A DNA stretch of 54,913 nt, from positions 1 to 54,913 of IMG/VR virus record IMGVR_UViG_3300044695_005573. The stretch is one strand, 5' to 3'. This stretch comes from a virus. Its lineage: Duplodnaviria; Caudoviricetes. Position numbers and translations under genes: made by a program. The notes under the pieces are model-generated. The model ran no database searches, had not been told where the DNA came from, and worked only from the letters and a program-made list of their open reading frames with translations. Shown one piece after another: positions 8,694-18,372 of the stretch. The number at the start of each line of letters is the position of its first letter. Within the stretch, counting starts at the first letter, position 1.

Positions 8694-9161
8694 TTACCAC
8701 ATGTGAAGGACGTCTTCAGGATCGGCAACGATCCCCAAGACCTCATCGTCGTTAATCAAACGAATCTCCCCGCCATCGATCGGGATCCGCGCGCCGGCAT
8801 AGCGGCCGAAGATGATCCAATCCCCCTCCTTGCACCACGGGCCGGTCGGGAACTTGACCTCATCGCCATAGGCGATAGGCCCAACCTTGAGGACATAGCC
8901 ACACACCGTCGAAACCTGCTGCTTGCGCTGGGTCTCTTCGGCCAAGGCAATGCCACCCTTGGTCTTCTCCGCACCCCGGTAGGGCAGGATCGCAATGCGC
9001 CACCCGGTCGGAGTGGGGATGCGGTTGAGTACCGCCGCATGGAGCTTGTCGGGCTTGAGCCCTTCGGCCGTGTAGGCATCTTCCAGGGATGGAACATGCG
9101 CTGCGGCCTCTTCCGCCCACTTTTTCTCTAAAGCCGTGGGCTCTTTAACTATCGCATTCAC
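8694..9161 (-). CDS. groES: Co-chaperonin GroES (Cpn10) homolog
   Basis: PTGWRIAILP...EKTKGGIAL...VLKVGP...GDWIIFGRYAG...RLINDDEVLGIV matches Cpn10 motifs. Confidence 0.9.
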   Translation of the reverse strand: MNAIVKEPTALEKKWAEEAAAHVPSLEDAYTAEGLKPDKLHAAVLNRIPTPTGWRIAILPYRGAEKTKGGIALAEETQRKQQVSTVCGYVLKVGPIAYGDEVKFPTGPWCKEGDWIIFGRYAGARIPIDGGEIRLINDDEVLGIVADPEDVLHMW

Positions 9162-9173
9162 GTTGGTTCTCCT

Positions 9174-9374
9174 TTAGATCAAAAAGCCGTCGTCATCCGT
9201 TCGAGACTTCAGTAGTCGCTTTACGGAATCCTCAACCAGCTTCAATCCTTCAAGGCGACCCATCATGAAGCGATACCGCTCCATGTCGGCGATCGTTCCA
9301 TTTAGGACGATTTGTTCCGAGCTTTCTCTAAGAGATCTGATCTCACGAAGCACTGCTTCTGCAAATTCAAGCAT
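9174..9374 (-). CDS. Hypothetical head-module protein
   Basis: 66 aa, ...ADMERYRFMMGRLEGL...; lies between the portal region and GroES. Confidence 0.65.
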   Translation of the reverse strand: MLEFAEAVLREIRSLRESSEQIVLNGTIADMERYRFMMGRLEGLKLVEDSVKRLLKSRTDDDGFLI

Positions 9375-9431
9375 GGTTGGTTTCCATGAAAAAGCAGCCA
9401 GTTTTGCGCACCGGCCGAGGCGCTTATCGAC

Positions 9432-9680
9432 TTAGTAAATCTTGACTGGGCGGTTGCCATCCTTCTTCTTGACCGTGCGCACAGCACCCATGACGCCGCC
9501 GTCCTTCATGCCGCGCGACTTGCCGGCCTTCGCATACGCGATCGCTGCCGCCTGTTTCACCGCAGCGGACTTGCTCTTCGGCTTGCTCGTGCCAATGCGG
9601 CCCTTTTCCTTGTAGGTGCCGACAAGCTCGCCGATGTTGCGGCTGATCGTCTTCTGGCTCGATCCCTTTTTAAGCGGCAT
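9432..9680 (-). CDS. Small basic protein (DUF6496-like) with MKDGG motif; true start 9680
   Basis: MPLKKGSSQKTISRNIGEL...KQAAAIAYAKAG...MKDGG; GAGGAGGG SD; overlaps the portal stop. Confidence 0.7.
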   Translation of the reverse strand: MPLKKGSSQKTISRNIGELVGTYKEKGRIGTSKPKSKSAAVKQAAAIAYAKAGKSRGMKDGGVMGAVRTVKKKDGNRPVKIY

Positions 9681-12003
9681 TTCGCCCTCCTCGTTGTAAC
9701 TGAAGTTGTAACTTCGCCTGGTCAATCTGCATCGACTGCTGAGCCTTTTGCGACTCAAGCTGCAACTTCGCCTGATCCAACTGCATCTTGGCCTGGTCGG
9801 CCGCGGCGCGCTGATCGAGCTCCTGCTTCTTGAGCGCCACCAACGGGTCCTCCCCGCCGCCAGCCGCCTCGCCAGAAAGTTGCCCTTGCAGGTTCTTGAG
9901 CTCCTGCAAGTAGGTGGCGATCTTGATCGCGACCATGCCTTCCTTCTGGATCGGCGACACCAGTCGATCGGGGTCGGTGCCGTACGCCTTGAAGATGTCC
10001 GCCTCAACGTCCTCTTCAGCCTTGATGCGCACGTGCTCGAAAATGTGCTGCTGAAGCTCCATAGCCGACATTGGAGCCGACTGAAGGATCGGTGACATGC
10101 CCATGATCAAGTGAGCGACGATGTGCGCGTCATGCTGCTGGCCCGGGAAGGCCTTGAGCTTCATCCCGTTCAACACAGAAGAGTTCTCGGACGCCGGATC
10201 ACGGGGCATCTGGTTGTTCTGCGGGATCAAGATGCCGTCGATGTCGCGGATGTTCAGCGCGGAATACACACGGTAGTACGCTTCGTACATGTTGTGCATC
10301 TGCGGGGCGCCCTGCGCCATCTGCAACTGCATCTGTGCAAGCTGGATGCGCTGCGCGGAGCTGAAAATGTTCGGGTCAGCAACCGGCAGCACCGAAACGA
10401 TCTTGTCGAAGTCCGTGCGCTTGACCTTGCGGCTCGCCCCCGGCACATCGTACGGGTACTCATCCTCAAGATACTGTCCAAAGCCCTCAAAGAGCAGCCG
10501 GAACTCAAGCGACTGGGCGTAATGCAGGCGCTTGTGGATCGCCGACATCACCATGGAGCCACGCTCGAGCAATGCGAGCGTCGTGCCGACCTGCGCGTAC
10601 TGATTTCCGTCGCCGACCTGCATGTCGGCCGTGCTCGAGAGGCGCTTGCCGGCGTCTACGAGGAATCCAAGCAGCGCAAACAGCACTTGGCTCGGCTCCT
10701 TGTACGGAAGCGGCAGCAAAGACGACTGCAACTCCGCGCCACCGGCGTCAATGTCGCGCCACTCGCCCGGTTGGATCGGATCCGAGTCGTCCGCGATGCG
10801 CGCGCCCTTGGCCTTGAAGCCCGCAGGCAGGTTGGCAAGCGTTCCGGCGTCGATCAACTGCCGCAACGCGCTCGTCGCCGACTTGGAAAGGCCGCCGATG
10901 AGGTGCACAAAGCCCAAACCGTACGCGCCGGGGCCTTCCACCAGCACGTAATGGACAAAATAGTTGCGCCGACGCTTCAGTTCATCGTCTTCGCGCCAGT
11001 TTCGGCGGATTCCGATGACCTTGAGCGAGTCTTCGGCGAGCGTAACGACGTACGGAAGCTTGATTCCCGTCGGTTCGCCGTCTTCGCCAATCTCTTCAAA
11101 GCCCGGCAGGTCCAAATCGACCAGCATTTCGAGCAAAAATACCTCGCCAGCCTGGTCCGTCGGCTGCACACCCGTCACTTTGTCGATTGCCGCCTGGATT
11201 TTGCTCGGGTCCGCGGGCGTCGGCTCAAGGTCAACGGCAATATCGAGGTATTCGCCGATCAAAACGCGCTTGCGGAACTCGTTTGAGTCCATCGCAATGC
11301 GGTGCGTCAGCCGCGAACACTGCGAAACAACGCTCGAACCGTTGTACGGGATGTACACATCGTCCGCCAGACACAGGCGGGAGACCATCCGACCGAGCTG
11401 AAAGTCGTAATAGACCTTCTTGAAGGTCGATCCGCCGTATCCGGTGTAGTACAGGAGCTGGTCGAACTCCGGGGTGTACTCCTCCATCACCGTCGTGAGC
11501 TGGTAATTCATGAAGTCCTGCACGCGCGCGGCTTGCTGGAACTTGTCGACGGTCTCTTTGCCTAGTACTTGCGTGCGAACCGGGCCACCCGCGGGCAGCA
11601 ATTCTTTAAACGCCTGCGACTGGAACTGGATGATCGCCTCTTGCAGCATCGGATGCGTCGCGCCAGAGGCGCCACGGAAGGGCTTGGTGCGCTCTTCCAT
11701 GCGCAGGCCCAGCAATTCCAGGCCCTTGGCGTACATCTGCTCCCAATCCGACCGCGATCCCTTGTCCGCCTCGAACATCGCCGAGACATCGATGGCAATC
11801 CGACCAAGGTCATCCGGGTCTACGACCTCCGCAAGGTTCGCGTAGAAGTCGACCTCTTTCGCCTCATCCTCGCCAATCTCGATGACCGCCCCGCCATCCG
11901 GCTCCAGGACGATCTCGATCTCCGGGGCCTCCTCTGGCGGACCCCCGGCAATGACCAGGACGCCTGCGTCAGGGGCTTGGTTGATCGCTTTATCAATTGG
12001 CAT
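9670..12003 (-). CDS. Portal protein
   Basis: 777 aa; FYANLAE...SRSDWEQMY...PFRGASG.THPML...ELLPAGGPV...GSTFKKVYYD...GLGFVHLIGGL; C-terminal coiled coil; position between TerL and head genes. Confidence 0.85.
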   Translation of the reverse strand: MPIDKAINQAPDAGVLVIAGGPPEEAPEIEIVLEPDGGAVIEIGEDEAKEVDFYANLAEVVDPDDLGRIAIDVSAMFEADKGSRSDWEQMYAKGLELLGLRMEERTKPFRGASGATHPMLQEAIIQFQSQAFKELLPAGGPVRTQVLGKETVDKFQQAARVQDFMNYQLTTVMEEYTPEFDQLLYYTGYGGSTFKKVYYDFQLGRMVSRLCLADDVYIPYNGSSVVSQCSRLTHRIAMDSNEFRKRVLIGEYLDIAVDLEPTPADPSKIQAAIDKVTGVQPTDQAGEVFLLEMLVDLDLPGFEEIGEDGEPTGIKLPYVVTLAEDSLKVIGIRRNWREDDELKRRRNYFVHYVLVEGPGAYGLGFVHLIGGLSKSATSALRQLIDAGTLANLPAGFKAKGARIADDSDPIQPGEWRDIDAGGAELQSSLLPLPYKEPSQVLFALLGFLVDAGKRLSSTADMQVGDGNQYAQVGTTLALLERGSMVMSAIHKRLHYAQSLEFRLLFEGFGQYLEDEYPYDVPGASRKVKRTDFDKIVSVLPVADPNIFSSAQRIQLAQMQLQMAQGAPQMHNMYEAYYRVYSALNIRDIDGILIPQNNQMPRDPASENSSVLNGMKLKAFPGQQHDAHIVAHLIMGMSPILQSAPMSAMELQQHIFEHVRIKAEEDVEADIFKAYGTDPDRLVSPIQKEGMVAIKIATYLQELKNLQGQLSGEAAGGGEDPLVALKKQELDQRAAADQAKMQLDQAKLQLESQKAQQSMQIDQAKLQLQLQRGGRNAA

Positions 12004-12041
12004 GTTGATATCCTAATACATTTAATGCAAAAAGGCCACGA

Positions 12042-15000
12042 CTAATCTTCGTTCATGCCCAGGCGCTGACGAATGGCTTGGATAGATCCTTCGTCAGGAA
12101 GGTTCTGCGGAGCATTTGGTAGTTGATTAAGGCGCACGTTGACGGGTCTCCCCTGCCCAGGCGGCAGCACTTTTCCGGCATACAAACGAATAGCTTTATA
12201 TAGCGGATCGCCGCCACCTTCGGAAGCGCCTGCAAGATGCCCTTCGGTGCTACCTTTGTACCCTGGGGGCAAAGGGTTAAAATCGTAGTTTTCTTGAAAC
12301 ACCAACTGCTTTGTTTTTGGATCAACGGTGTAACCAATACGGCCAAACGTGCGGTTTAGGGCTACTGGGGTGTGACTACCAAAAACACTAAGGCCACTAG
12401 GGTCACTAGGGTTTTTTAATGCGTCAATTAGGTAATCTTCATATCCCAAATTTGGGCCAATGCTAAATATATTGGCTACGTCGGCTACGCCGGCAGACCT
12501 TAGTCCCACCTCGCGCTCGTAAGTCTGTGAGTCGCCCGAAGCCAAATCAATAAAATCTTGTGTAATTACCCCTTTTTTATATTGTTTAATAGCGTCTAAA
12601 TCTTTTTTATATTGTGCAAAAAATTCTGGATACAGGATCTTGCCTTTGTTTTTCGCAGCAACAGCTTTTTGATGGCTAGCTAATGATTTAACTAAATATT
12701 TTTCGTACGTAGTTAAATCCGGCTCAATAGATTTGTATTTGCTGCGAACGACAGACATAAGCGCTTGGCGCTCTGGTTCCTTCATGGAGGCTTCGGTAAT
12801 CGGGTCTTTACGAGCATCGACAACAGACTCAAGGAAGATGCGCTTGTGTAGTGGCAAATCTTCGCGATTGACGTTTCTGCCATATAGCCCAAGTCCTGCG
12901 CCAACTAGTTTGTCGGCAAAGGTCAGATCGGGATTAAACCCTACCCCTTCCTCGCGAAGATCAGGCTGCTTAATCGGCGCGCCGCTCGGGGGACTCGTCG
13001 GGATTGAACGCGACAAATCGGAGCGCTCTAGTAACGAACGATACAAATCCGCGCTCGTCTCTCCCGTGCTCGGGCTACCCTTCGCACGCCTCTTGGGTTC
13101 TGTTTTCTTGTTCTTGTCCCCCGTACGCTCTTTTAACGCAGGTACCACAATCTGCACCGGACGACTAACTCCGGCCTGCTTTGCCTTCCGAATAAAAAAG
13201 TTGTCTTTTTCATTAACGTCACCCGTGAAGTCATACGTGTCTTTGACCACATACGATCCGTCAGGCATCTCCTTAAACGAGAACGTACCTAGGGTGTTAC
13301 GCAAGTTTGCCGTGGAAAAAAGCGAGCGGTCTGTGTCAGGCCCCGGCAAACCACCAAGGCGCTCATAGCGGTCTTTGTACGCGTCATGATGCGCGTATGT
13401 CACGGTGTTGGGCAGGGCCTTCCCTGTTTTTCTATCAGAAACCGGACGGGTCTTTGCCAACTCAATCAATCGGCGAAGTTTTGCCAATTCCGCTCCAGAC
13501 AAACTAGCCTCTGTAATTGGCTCCGTCCGCTTGGAAGATTCGCCCGACATCGACTCTAGGTACGTCCGAATGTGTAGCGGCACTATCCGCTCATCCGTTT
13601 CGTCAACCTCACCGCCCTCGTTAAACCGACGCGTCATCAGATCCCCGAGCCGCGATAACTGCTTCTTGGTCAGCCGGCCCTCGCCAAACGTATCACGCAT
13701 CAAATCCTTCGCCGACATCGCATCCCGCGAACGCACAGACTCGGACATCTTGAGAAGCTCCGCGAGCGTGTCAGGCGCGCGCCGTGGCTCTTGGGCCGTG
13801 GTCAACGACTCAAGCTCCATGGCCATGCCCTTCGCAGTGCCCCTGTCCGTCTCTTGACTGATCGGTTGCCGCGTCGCACGACGCACAGTCTGCGAGACCG
13901 GCGTCGCGTCAAACTCCACCTGCGTCTCACCAGGCGACTCCGACAAACTCTCCAACATGCCACGCGCAGAGTCGATGTTCTTCATCGACTCCGCATACGA
14001 GTCCTTGCTGTCACCCTTCAAGAGCGCAAGCAACTCAGCATCCGAAGACGGACCACCCTTCGCACGCCCCGTCGGACGCACCGCCCCAGGCGACAGGATG
14101 ATGTTGCCAAAACGGTCCGTGTAATACCCCGCGTTCTGCGCCCCACCCAACATCGTCGGCCCAAGGTTCGGGTTCGCAGCAAGCGCCTGCAACGGCAGAT
14201 TGCTCGTCTGCAAGCTCGGCAGCCGTGTGCTCGAGGGCAACGTGCCAGGGCTCAAGGCCCCAGGAGTCGGCGTGAAATACGGGGTCGATGTGCCTTGGCC
14301 CGGGGCAACGGGCAAGGGGTTCGCAATATACCCCGGCGTCGGAATGTTCGCGGTCGGGATGTACCCGCCACCAGGAATGCCCGTGGCCGGAGGCGACACA
14401 GGGATGTTGACCGGAGGCTGCGCAGGGGTGGGCGCAGGGGCGGGCCTGCCACCGCCCGTCTGCGGAGGAGGCGTTCTGCCACCACCAGGAGTCCCGCGTC
14501 CGGTCCGCGGCTCACGGCCGGCAGGGGGCTTTCCAATCCGACCAAGCAACCGGCCGACATCGCTGTTCGGGTCGATCGCGTTCCAGTTAAAGTTGAACCC
14601 GCCGCGCGCCGGCGTGCCGGTGTCCGGCTTCTCGTCGCGATCGTCGATGCCGTTCAGGTTCCTGTCGATGAAGTCGGCCGTACGGACAGGACCCATCTCG
14701 TCCTTCGGCGGCCGGGTGGTCGGAGGATTGACCGGCAACCTGCTGTCGATCAGCCCGGGGGGCGCCGTTCCGGTACCACCTCCGGTACCACCGCCCGGGG
14801 GCGGCTCCTCCCTCGGAGGAGGCCGGTTCCTCTGCTCTTCCTCCGCCCTGCGGCGAGCTTCCTCCGCTGCACGGCGGGCGGCCTCTTCAGCCGCCATCCG
14901 ACGAGCGTTCTCTTCCGCTAGGCGACGGGCTTCCTCAGCCGCTCGAGCAGCCGCCGCATCCTGCATCGCACGACGAGCAGCTTCCTCTTCAGCCGCTCGA

Positions 15001-16154
15001 CGAGCGGCCTCTTCAGCGGCTCTACGGGCGGCTTCATCGGCGACGCGCTTGGCGTCTTCCTCGGCCTTACGACGAGCTTCTTCTTCCGCGGCTTTGCGGG
15101 CGGCTTCTGCTTCTGCTGCACGACGGGCTTCCTCCTCTTGCGCTGCTTGGCGAAGTTGTTCATCCCGGAAACGGGCTATGTCTCCTTCCTCCGGTCGTGG
15201 GCCGGGGCCACCGGGCATGTAACTACCCCCCAAACCAATCCCTGAGAGATTGATGCCAGTCGTGAGCCCGCCAAACCCCGCGGCATTGATCCTGGCTAAC
15301 TCCGCCAACTGTTCCGGCGTCAGGGTCGTCGTGGGGGAGGTGCCCGTGAACTGAGCGAGATTGTCGGCTGCGCTGCCAGGGGCGGTAATCGGTTCGTCGT
15401 TTTCCGTACGAGGCACCCGATCACGCTCTTCTTGCTCGCGAATGAATGCCTCAACACTATCCTGTTTTTGCGGACGATTGCCAACGCCCCCGTCAAACGG
15501 GGGCCGTAAAAGATCCTCCTGCTCGCGCGTCTCTCGCCTCAGACGAGCACGCTCGGCCGCATCCGCACTCATGGCCATGCCAGAGGTTGTCGGCGGCGAG
15601 GCGGCGGGCTCGAAAACCGGAGCGGCTTCTGTCCGCGGTCTCGGGATGTAGTCCCGCTCTTCCTCCACAGGAGGCAGGAAGGACGGCCGGCCATACACCG
15701 GACTCGGCGGAGCGCCAGGGGACTCGTAAACCCTCGGCGGGGTGTACGCAGGGGGAGCAAACTGCTGAAGATCCGCCGCCGCAGAGCCAGGCTGCGCGGC
15801 CACCGGGGGCTCCGACTCAGGCTCTACCTGAGTGCGCATCGTGTCAGGGGCCACCGAAAACCCGGGGAACGGGGGAGCCACAACCTCCGATCGAGGCGCA
15901 GGCATCATCGGGTTATCCCCAAACAAGCCTAACGGCTCCTCCCCCTCACCAAGCGCCTCCATCCCAAACACAGGCTGATACTCGCGCAGCTTCGTCTTCG
16001 GGTTCTTGGTCCCCGCGCCACCGAGCTTCTTCAACAGCTCACGGGCCTTGGGGCTGAGGTAAGCCAACTCCGTGTCGCCCCCACGGCCTGCGGAAGCAAC
16101 CTTCTTGATAAACGACGCTGTGTCTTTCTTCGCGGACTTCTTGGCTTTGGCCAT
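12042..16154 (-). CDS. Large modular putative internal virion / cargo protein
   Basis: N-terminal domain paralogous to part of 46315..48660, Pro-rich linkers, EAARRAAEE coiled coil, then modules starting RAKGG / RFNEGG / RAKGS. Confidence 0.7.
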   Translation of the reverse strand: MAKAKKSAKKDTASFIKKVASAGRGGDTELAYLSPKARELLKKLGGAGTKNPKTKLREYQPVFGMEALGEGEEPLGLFGDNPMMPAPRSEVVAPPFPGFSVAPDTMRTQVEPESEPPVAAQPGSAAADLQQFAPPAYTPPRVYESPGAPPSPVYGRPSFLPPVEEERDYIPRPRTEAAPVFEPAASPPTTSGMAMSADAAERARLRRETREQEDLLRPPFDGGVGNRPQKQDSVEAFIREQEERDRVPRTENDEPITAPGSAADNLAQFTGTSPTTTLTPEQLAELARINAAGFGGLTTGINLSGIGLGGSYMPGGPGPRPEEGDIARFRDEQLRQAAQEEEARRAAEAEAARKAAEEEARRKAEEDAKRVADEAARRAAEEAARRAAEEEAARRAMQDAAAARAAEEARRLAEENARRMAAEEAARRAAEEARRRAEEEQRNRPPPREEPPPGGGTGGGTGTAPPGLIDSRLPVNPPTTRPPKDEMGPVRTADFIDRNLNGIDDRDEKPDTGTPARGGFNFNWNAIDPNSDVGRLLGRIGKPPAGREPRTGRGTPGGGRTPPPQTGGGRPAPAPTPAQPPVNIPVSPPATGIPGGGYIPTANIPTPGYIANPLPVAPGQGTSTPYFTPTPGALSPGTLPSSTRLPSLQTSNLPLQALAANPNLGPTMLGGAQNAGYYTDRFGNIILSPGAVRPTGRAKGGPSSDAELLALLKGDSKDSYAESMKNIDSARGMLESLSESPGETQVEFDATPVSQTVRRATRQPISQETDRGTAKGMAMELESLTTAQEPRRAPDTLAELLKMSESVRSRDAMSAKDLMRDTFGEGRLTKKQLSRLGDLMTRRFNEGGEVDETDERIVPLHIRTYLESMSGESSKRTEPITEASLSGAELAKLRRLIELAKTRPVSDRKTGKALPNTVTYAHHDAYKDRYERLGGLPGPDTDRSLFSTANLRNTLGTFSFKEMPDGSYVVKDTYDFTGDVNEKDNFFIRKAKQAGVSRPVQIVVPALKERTGDKNKKTEPKRRAKGSPSTGETSADLYRSLLERSDLSRSIPTSPPSGAPIKQPDLREEGVGFNPDLTFADKLVGAGLGLYGRNVNREDLPLHKRIFLESVVDARKDPITEASMKEPERQALMSVVRSKYKSIEPDLTTYEKYLVKSLASHQKAVAAKNKGKILYPEFFAQYKKDLDAIKQYKKGVITQDFIDLASGDSQTYEREVGLRSAGVADVANIFSIGPNLGYEDYLIDALKNPSDPSGLSVFGSHTPVALNRTFGRIGYTVDPKTKQLVFQENYDFNPLPPGYKGSTEGHLAGASEGGGDPLYKAIRLYAGKVLPPGQGRPVNVRLNQLPNAPQNLPDEGSIQAIRQRLGMNED

Positions 16155-16195
16155 GGCGCATCATCCTCAGAGGAGCGGCCTTGACATTCTAGGCC

Positions 16196-17659
16196 TCAGT
16201 AGTATTCAGGAGCAAGCGTGCGTCCAGACGGCTCCGGTTTCTCGTCCGTGTTCAGCGTCACGAAGTTGCCCTGACGGAACCGCATGATCGCCTGCGTCGT
16301 CGAGTCGACCATGTCGTCGTTATCGCCGTTCGGGAACGCAGCGCACTCCTCGACCAGCTCTTCCGCCCAATCAGTGTCCGGGGCCCAGACCATCCCCGAC
16401 TCAAACACAGGCGCCACCGCATGCGCCCGGCTGATCTTGTCCGTGCCCGAACGACGACCGCCAGGGGTGTACATGGTGACAGGGATGCCCAGCCGCCGCA
16501 GCTCCTGCTGGAGCGTGACACCCGTGGCCTTCGCCTCGATCAGCACATTATCAGGATTCCAGTGCTTGTACTCGTCCTTTGCAATGCGCTTGAGCTCCGG
16601 GAAGTCCCACCGGCCTCGTACAACATCCAACAGGATGATGTTCGGCCCCGAGTCCTGGTCCGGGTAAAACACTCCCCAGGTCGTGATCACCGAGAAGTCC
16701 GCCGTCTCCTTCTTGCTGTAGGCCGTGTCATAGCTCTGGATGATGTAGTTCACAAGCGGGGGATTCGGATCCGGCCAGACCCGCCACCACTCACGCTTGA
16801 GGATTGCACCCTCGTCGTTTGTCGGCTGCTGCTGGTACATCGCGTTCCACTTCTGGACCGATAGCGATGCCTTGACCGATTCCAACTCCTCGAGCTTCCA
16901 GAACTCCGGCCACAACGGCTTGCCACTCGGCAGGATCGCCGGGAACTCAATGACCTCCCACTTGTCCGCGCCACGGCTGGCCTGCGCCTTGAGCAGCCGG
17001 GCCGTCAGGTCCTTCGTTCCCCAGCGCGTCATCACGAGCACGATCGCACCGCCCGGCTGCAAACGGGTACGCGGACCGCCCTGGTACCAGTCCCAGGCGT
17101 TATCTAGCGCAAGCTCCGACAGCGCGTCCTGTTCCGAATGCGGGTCGTCGATGATCAAGATGTCCGCACCGCGGCCGGTCACGGCACCGCCCACGCCGAC
17201 TGCAAAGTAACTACCGCCCGCGTTCGTGTCCCACCGGCCGGCAGCCTTGCTGTCCTGCTTCAGGACCACCTCGGGGAACAGCTCCTTGTAGCGGTCACTG
17301 TCCATCAGGTCACGCACCTTGCGGCCGAACTTAACGGCAAGCTCCGCCGTGTGCGTCGCCTCAAGGGCCTGAAGGTTGGGGTTACGGCCCATCAGGTACG
17401 CGGGCAGCAGATACGACGCAAACTCCGACTTGGTGTGACGGGGCGGCATGTTCACGATCAGCCGCTTCAGCGTCCCGCTGGCAATGCGGTCAAACGCACT
17501 CGCCATGCGCCGGTGATGCTCGCCCAGGATTGCCGAGGGCCACACATAGCGCACGAAGTCGATGAAGTTCTTGCGCGCCTTGTCCTGCGTGTCGAGCAGC
17601 ATCAGCCGGTATTCCAACCGCAGACGCTCCTCCTCGATCTCCTTCGGAACGGCGCTCAT
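16196..17659 (-). CDS. terL: Terminase large subunit
   Basis: Walker A-like MPPRHTKSE, Walker B ILIIDD, VMTRW coupling motif, nuclease SYDTA and DDMVD. Start at 17659 (MSAVP) is my preferred choice. Confidence 0.93.
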   Translation of the reverse strand: MSAVPKEIEEERLRLEYRLMLLDTQDKARKNFIDFVRYVWPSAILGEHHRRMASAFDRIASGTLKRLIVNMPPRHTKSEFASYLLPAYLMGRNPNLQALEATHTAELAVKFGRKVRDLMDSDRYKELFPEVVLKQDSKAAGRWDTNAGGSYFAVGVGGAVTGRGADILIIDDPHSEQDALSELALDNAWDWYQGGPRTRLQPGGAIVLVMTRWGTKDLTARLLKAQASRGADKWEVIEFPAILPSGKPLWPEFWKLEELESVKASLSVQKWNAMYQQQPTNDEGAILKREWWRVWPDPNPPLVNYIIQSYDTAYSKKETADFSVITTWGVFYPDQDSGPNIILLDVVRGRWDFPELKRIAKDEYKHWNPDNVLIEAKATGVTLQQELRRLGIPVTMYTPGGRRSGTDKISRAHAVAPVFESGMVWAPDTDWAEELVEECAAFPNGDNDDMVDSTTQAIMRFRQGNFVTLNTDEKPEPSGRTLAPEYY

Positions 17660-17870
17660 GGGGTCGAATTGCTTTTCATATGCGCAAAATTTTTGCACAA
17701 GTTGACAAGTTGATCAACCGGGGTGGTTTTTTTCTACCCGGGTACCCCGTTCTCTTTAGCCGCACATTGACTGTCTGAAATCAGGCATACGCCCGCGAAG
17801 CCAACAAAGCGGCCTGTTTTTTGGGCCCCGGGGCGCGGAATTCCCCTAGGCCGTGGCGCCGTGCAGCTCG

Positions 17871-17903
17871 CTCAAAGATTGTTCAAAGAATTGCTCAAAG
17901 ATT
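17871..17903 (+). repeat. Three tandem (C/T)TCAAAGA(A)TT(G) repeats
   Basis: CTCAAAGATTG TTCAAAGAATTG CTCAAAGATT directly left of the heptamer array. Confidence 0.7.
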
Positions 17904-18213
17904 ACGGCCCACGGCCCACGGCCCACGACCAGCGGGCGGCGGACCACGGACCACGGCCCACGACCAGCGGACGGCGGCCCACGACCAGCGGGCGGCGGAC
18001 GGCGGGCGGCGGACGGCGGGCGGCGGGCGGCGGACGGCGGACGGCGGGCGGCGGGCGGCGGGCGGCGGGCGGCGGACGGCGGGCGGCGGGCGGCGGGCGG
18101 CGGGCGGCGGGCGGCGGGCGGCGGGCGGCGGACCACGGACCAGCGGGCGGCGGACCACGGACCAGCGGGCGGCGGGCGGGCGACCACGGCCCACGACCCA
18201 CGACCCACGGCCA
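17904..18213 (+). repeat. Heptamer tandem array (about 44 units; GGCGGGC / GGCGGAC / CCACGGC / CCACGAC)
   Basis: 7-bp periodicity; no T on the + strand for 310 bp; non-coding, between the early island terminator and terL. Confidence 0.92.
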
Positions 18214-18372
18214 TCGATACCACGAACACCATTTCACGGCGCACGGGCCAAGGGCCAGGAACCTGGCAGGGAAAGCATCGGGGCGGCCCCCCAGGACGGG
18301 CGGGCATGGCCGACGGGAGGCGGCGCGATAGGCCGGGAAGGGTGCCGGATTAGATACCGGCGCCTAAGAGGC

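Noticed and set aside
14860-15150. EAARRAAEE region as a TolA homolog
   Set aside because: Low-complexity charged helix with no TolA membrane anchor or C-terminal domain; the similarity is compositional.
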